The translations under genes were made by a program, and so were the position numbers. A stretch of DNA of 64,000 nt from the human T2T-CHM13v2.0 reference genome, Homo sapiens: NCBI RefSeq assembly GCF_009914755.1, contig NC_060936.1; one strand, 5' to 3'. The notes under the pieces are model-generated. The model did no database searches and was not told the DNA's origin. It saw nothing but the letters and a program-made list of their open reading frames with translations. Shown in pieces: positions 57,990 through 64,000 of the stretch (positions are counted from its first letter, which is position 1; each line of letters starts with the position of its first letter).

Positions 57990-58988
57990 GGGAATGTGTA
58001 TTTTTAGTAAGCCCTCCCTTTTCTACCCCAGGTGATTCTTAGGCAAGCCATGGGGCAAGTCTGTGGTCAAGCATTTGGGAACCTCTGGTATAGTAAAATG
58101 TACACTGAACAAAGAGTCAAAAAACTTAGGCTCTAATCATAGATCTGCTGCTAATTTATCTGGGACAATTTACTTAACCCTGAAAAATTTGTCTTCTTAG
58201 TGAGGCGCTTCGTTTCTTGATAACTTTTCCCATGCTTTGTAAGGTTCATTGGTGCCTAATATATTGTGATTCATCAGTTTTATCTTTCATGACTTTCTAA
58301 AGCAAACCTCTAATAGAAGAGTAAATACACAATTGCATGATTAACTTCAAGAGAAGATTAAACTGCCTATATATTCCACAAGCAAAAATTCCTAGCTCAG
58401 GACTGAACTGTGTCCTGCACCAGGAGCTTGCACATGTGTATAACATATTTTCTACATGTGTCCATTATCTGGGTTATATCCATTAATGGTCAATAAATTA
58501 GAAAAATCTGTGGCTGCCCATTGATTCTTAACATTTCAAAAGTGTGTTACCTCCAAAAGATATCTACCCCTAAACAGCAATACAAGAGATTTGCAAAAAC
58601 ACAACTATCTTCCAGTCTTATCAAGCACCATTCTGATGTTCTAATAATTTATTATAATTAGCAAATAGAAGTGTCTGTCAATAAAATCTAATAATTTTCC
58701 GATTACTGACTTTAGTCATTACATATATAGGCTGTGTATATGCCTACATCCATATTCCTACATCTAACAGTGCTTAACTGGCAGAGAAGAGAGGCTCATG
58801 AAATAGTTGTTGAATTAATAAAAGAAGCAAGACAAGAAGGGAAGGAAGAAAAAGCAATAGAAAAAGTTGGGCTTATTTTAATGAGGGTCATGAAGTTTTC
58901 CATCATTGGGCACGTCACCATCCACCTCCATTAGCTTATGAATCTTCCATAGGAAATATGTTGGGGCATGTGGACTTCCCTTAAATGT

Positions 58989-59016
58989 AAAACAAACAAA
59001 CAAACAAACAAACAAA
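58989..59016 (+). repeat. (AAAC)n microsatellite near the exon 2 donor
   Basis: Read directly from the sequence. Confidence 0.92.
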
Positions 59017-59074
59017 ACCCCCAAGATATTTAGTAGAAAGACTTTCAGGATTTGCTCTGAAAGGAATAGCTCAC

Positions 59075-59470
59075 CTTTTTGTAAACAGAGGCTTTCATTG
59101 ACCAGTTTTCCCTCCTTGTTGACATCTATTTTCATCCAGCTATGGAGGTATTTCCTGGCCTTCTTGACCACTACTCTGGAGCCTTGTTTCTGGAGAAAGA
59201 GAGAGGCATTTTCCACCTCAAGGAAGCCTTCCTGATCATAGCAGGTCCATCGGGGTGCCTGGGAACAGCGGTCCAAGATGGCTGAGCGGGAGGGGCCGCG
59301 GGAAGAGTTGGAGATGGCCAAGCACAGTGCAGATTTAACATGAAGGAGCTTTTCATCCTCAGTCCACATCCACTGCTGGTTCTGGATGGTCCTGTTGCAT
59401 GAGCCCACGACCACTTTCTCATTTTTGAAAAGACACTGTTGTTTCTGGACATGGACAATCTGAAACCCTT
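59075..59470 (-). CDS. PTPRB: Exon 2 (long isoform): ricin-B / beta-trefoil lectin-like domain
   Basis: 396 nt; acceptor ttccag|, donor AAG|gtgagc. GFQIVHVQKQQCLF...NQQWMWTEDEKLLHVKSALCL...LCLQK has 6 Cys, a QxW motif and four N-x-S/T sequons. Confidence 0.95.
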
Positions 59471-60744
59471 CTGGAAGATGAAAAGCTCATAAAGCACTAT
59501 GTAGCAAATTATGAGGCCCATTAGAAAACGGAAGAACCCACCCACAAATGAGCTAAATAAAATCACTAGTTTTACTTATATTTTGTTATTTCTATCATTT
59601 CAAGTGAACATTCTCATATTTAACACATGTGATTTAAAATTCCAAAGCTGACGATATAAAATGTCAATATGTTACACTTAACTCCCCATCTTTTTTTTTT
59701 TTTTAATTTTCACATGCTTTAGGGGAAAAAAGCACACCTCTTATTGGAAAATGAAAGGAAGCTTGGAAAGAAACAAAACCATCCAAAGTATATAGTATAT
59801 TTTAGCCCAATTAGTTAGATATGCTGAAGTTATGAAATGCTCAGCTCCCTTTTTAACCATTTGACATATTCGATATAAGCTTCCTCCCTTACCTTAAAAA
59901 AGCACCCCCTTTTCCAGTCTTTAAATTCACATTGCAGTATTTATATACAAATTTCATAGTTTGAATAACAATTTTTTAAAATTGCATACATTTATCAAAA
60001 AATAAAACAAATTTTCCCACTTCTCCAAGCACAACCTCCTAGCTAATTGCAGCCAATGAAAGTATTGATTATCACAAACTAAATTTCCTTTAGTCGTGGA
60101 GAGGAGCATTTCTCTATTTTATGACAATATCTACAGTTTTCTCTCAAATACGAATAGATTTTCTAAAAATCATCATGTGCCAGTGTAAGAAAATTAAACA
60201 TCAAATTGCTAAACATCAGTATTAAAGAGCAAGATACTCTGGCTCAGAAACCATTTTCAATGAGGTTTTACTTAAATTGCCCAGCTCGCTCATGAAAATG
60301 TTCAGCCCTCCCAAATGACAACTTCCAAATAAAACACACTACATTTCCTCACCCCCTTTAATCATATTCCTTCAATTTTCTTTCTTCAACACAAAAGAAA
60401 ATAAAACTATAACCGGGTCGGAAAAAGGCTTGGGGAAAGCCACAGACTGTTATATAATAATACAAACTTTTCCTCGGGGTTCTTTACGCTCTGCTCTAAA
60501 TGTATCATTTCAGGGGCTGCCTGAAGCATTTGGAGGATGAGAGGAGAGCATTTATTTTCTTTTGGAGAGAAATCTCAACAGTATGGGCATAGCTGGCTCC
60601 TTTTATTCCTGCTTTTCATCGTCTTTGGCTAAACTGCCATGGAGACCTGGCCCCTTCTACCTTATTTCAGACACTTCAAAGACCAGGGACTCCTTGGCTA
60701 GATCTTGAAGAAATGCCTCAGGACACTGAGGCAGACCCACTCAC

Positions 60745-60799
60745 CTGAGTTCCTGAAGATCAAGCAGGTAAGAATCACCATGTAAAATTCAGCCTCCAT
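60745..60799 (-). CDS. PTPRB: Distal first coding exon (long isoform), signal peptide MEAEFYMVILTCLIFRNS(E)
   Basis: ATG at 60799 in strong context (AAAATGG); 55 nt; donor G|gtgagt; phase 1 joins exon 2 in frame. Too short for the ORF track. Confidence 0.93.
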
Positions 60800-61000
60800 T
60801 TTCCACTTAGCAACTGTTCATGCTTCGCTTGGGGAAAAAAAAAATTCTCCCAGATAAGAGAAGCAAAGACTAGGAAGGAAATGTGCCTTCATGGTGGGGG
60901 GAAAAGTCAGTGACGAGCACTTCCTCCTATTGAATTGTTTGGGGAAGTTTTACACCAGTGTCCTTTTGTCTGTTTCCTTAGAAAGAAGGGATTATGATTA
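60800..61000 (-). promoter_or_regulatory. Distal (long-isoform) 5'UTR and promoter, CpG-poor
   Basis: Directly upstream of the distal ATG. GATA site (agataag 60852) and ETS cores at 60872-60882, 60919-60925, 60941-60948 and 60973-60978; no clear TATA box. Confidence 0.65.
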
Positions 61001-62939
61001 CCTCTTTTTTTTAATGTAGAAAATATTCCAGCCTTCAAGAGCAGAGTAAATCTCGTTAAGACCTCACCTACCTTTCCTTTGGCATGTGACTGCTTCTTAA
61101 CCTCAAGAAGAAAGAAAGGAATTGAAATCTCAGATAATTGAATGTTCCTGAAACATTACATCTCTTCAGGTGATGTGATTCTGCTGAATAAACATAAGCC
61201 ATGTAATTGATGAGGGTCTATGACAAGTGATATAAAGACATAAACATGTACTGTTTGTATAATGATATGCTGCGAGTCTATTGAGGAAAACCACATAATG
61301 ATGGCACTTCTAGATCATTATCTCCCAAGTGATGACAATATTACATTTTGAGATCGTCATCTTCACTGGGGAGATGCAGACACTAAAATTAAACCCATCA
61401 CATTATCTACTTTGGTCTTCCCCAAACAGAGGATGGCGTCTTTCCAAATAGAAAAAAAAAAAAGAATATGCTTTACTCAGTATTTAGTATTAAGAGTTTA
61501 TTGGCAGTATGAAACAAAGTCAACATTGCTGCATTAAAAATTCATATATGAGCAGAACAGCTAGTGTTTGCTGAGGGTAGTTATTTTAATTTTTTTTGTC
61601 TCTTGAAGATTGAAAGCTTTCAGAAATGTAAGGACATACATGGAAATGTCCTTATAAGGAGCCTCGAAAATGGGACAGATTATATCATTCCTGAAGGCAT
61701 ATACCTTTTGTTGAGAGAGAGATTCCAGGTAGATAGCATATTCAAAAATCCCTTCTTAGCAAAAGAGAGACAAGTAGTTAAAACTCTTGATACTTCAGAG
61801 TTGCTACAAATTTGTTTTTCCCTTTTAAAGTAAAATGACTCACGATGTGGAAATACAGTGGATAGAGTTCTGGAGCAGAAGCCACCTTTATGCCCAATAA
61901 TAGAGAGTAAATACATATATACCCAATGACAATCATTGTGCTCTGTAATTGTTTGATAGGAGGGACTATAAATACACATTTAATAGGTAATATTATCAAG
62001 ACACATTTCCATATAAAATAGTTACTGTTTTTGATTTTTGTTTTTCAAAAACAAAGACTTCTCTGTTAAAAATCCATTATCAATCACTTGCAACTTTAGC
62101 AGCAAGATTCTGGTAACTGAGAAAGGTAATAGCACTTCAAAACAGGAACAGTTTAACAGCTGACAGTCCATTCACAAGACAGATTTTGCAAACATTAAAG
62201 CATCTAACACATAATACGAATGTCTTCAGCAGCTCATCCAGTCATCACCTGATGACATTTATTACTGAATATTACATACATACATTCTGTGTGGCAGATA
62301 GAGTCAGTACAGACAAAACAAAATCTGCCTTAGGCTGTGTGATAAACCTATCATACCTCCATCATCAAAAAACCTTCAGAATAATTTGGGGGATGCTTAC
62401 AAATGCATTCATATACACAAGGAGCTGGAAATCTTAAATATGTTGCCCAGTCTTCCACAATCCATGCCATACATGGGCTTCAGAGCTTCTCCTTCCTTCC
62501 ATTGCAGGAAGCTCCTTCTAGAAGCCTTGGGTGGGTAATTTGATTAATCACCCCAAGAGATTGATGGTCTGACAAGTCTTCAATGACTCACTGGACAGTC
62601 TCTGCTGAAAGTCTGCTCTCATACAGGCACAGAGCATGGTGCACAAATTCATACTGCTCACTGGTTTGCACCATTCCACCTCTGCAAGGAAGAAATCATA
62701 AAATAACTGATTTTGCTAAAATCTTGCAATTTCAAGTAACACAGAGATTTCATCCAAGCTAGGGTATTATGCCAAAGACACATAGAACAGTCGACCTAGT
62801 GGTTCTTTTGTTATCCCTCTTACCTGTGTCCAAATGTCTCAACTATCAAAGTTAACATGGTAATGTATATAAAGGGCTTAACACAGTTCCCAGCACACAC
62901 TAGGCACGTGATTAATTTTTACCTGTGTAACATTACTGG

Positions 62940-63135
62940 GGAGGTGGTACAGCCTAATGATCAAGTACTTGGATTTGGCATCAGCCAAGGTGAGTTCAAA
63001 TCCCTCCTCTGCCAATTCTTAGCTGTATGCATCTTGGACAAATTCCTCGAAACCCCTTGCACTTTAGTTTCTTCCTCTGTTAAAGCAGGATAGTAACAGT
63101 AACTACTGCTGTGAAGGTTAAATAAATTCATTGTA
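62940..63135 (+). mobile_element. MIR
   Basis: gagttcaaatccc.cctctgcca..tcttagctgt...cttggacaa...agtttcttcctctgt.aaa. Confidence 0.75.
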
Positions 63136-63576
63136 GCTGGTATATTTGTATTACTTCTCAGGTGCCTCATGATTCATCTCTTGTTAAAATGGTTTATACA
63201 TTTGGCTTAAAATTGATTGACGGAGACAAACCAAACAAAACTCATCTGCAAAATGTTGCTTTCTACAAGTAAAATGAAGTCTACCTTGGAATGGTTTATT
63301 TGAATATGTTGTACAGAAGCAACCTTAGCCTTTTGGTGTACGGGGTGTCTAAACACAATAGTGGGTGGGTCCTTAAATGAGTTGGAAAAAGGGAATTGGC
63401 TCTGCTGTGACATTTTCCTCTTGGTTATCACCATTATCATCACTAGCTGCCCAGCACCCTCCTTGTCAATGGATTCATAGAAAGCACTTGCCTTCATGAG
63501 AAATAACGGTGCTTCTCATTATGTTTTTATATACATAATACCTATATCACATTTTCCCCCTTCATAATTATGATCC

Positions 63577-63872
<296 letters not shown>

Positions 63873-64000
63873 CCTATAATTATGATTTTTTAGCTTGACA
63901 AAGTTACCAGACATTAATATGTTACTATTCCTGCTCACTGTATAAAAGCATCACTATCGGTAACTATTTAAAGTCTTGTAAATTCTCTGTAACTCTGCAA

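Overview
This is human (primate) genomic DNA covering the 5' part of PTPRB (VE-PTP / R-PTP-beta, chr12q15), transcribed on the minus strand. I reconstructed eleven complete coding exons and one truncated one, all with GT-AG boundaries and consistent phases. A distal first exon (60745-60799) splices to a ricin-B/beta-trefoil lectin exon and a Ser/Thr-rich linker exon, giving the long isoform. A CpG-island first exon (33172-33225, MLSHGAGLALWITLSLLQ) gives classical VE-PTP. Both join a run of one-exon-per-domain fibronectin type III exons (FN3-1 to the start of FN3-8). The rest is intron and upstream DNA with about 22 Alu or Alu-monomer copies, L1PA and old L1M fragments, L2, MIR, THE1 and MLT1 LTRs, DNA-transposon fossils and microsatellites. 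I found no foreign, prokaryotic or CRISPR-like system, and nearly all other ORF-track entries are repeat-derived or antisense noise. The best leads are hypotheses about hidden isoform control of the ectodomain: (i) Alu orientation alternates intron by intron around frame-symmetric FN3 exons; (ii) exon-2 read-through would give a membrane-anchored lectin-only protein with its own poly(A) signal; (iii) a hairpin covers the shared exon-4 acceptor, next to an in-frame intronic ATG with a signal-peptide-like leader; (iv) a dense SOX/ETS/FOX/GATA cluster lies in intron 4; (v) one L1 carries two inverted template-switch scars. Repeat family names come from recalled consensus sequences, and repeat boundaries are approximate.
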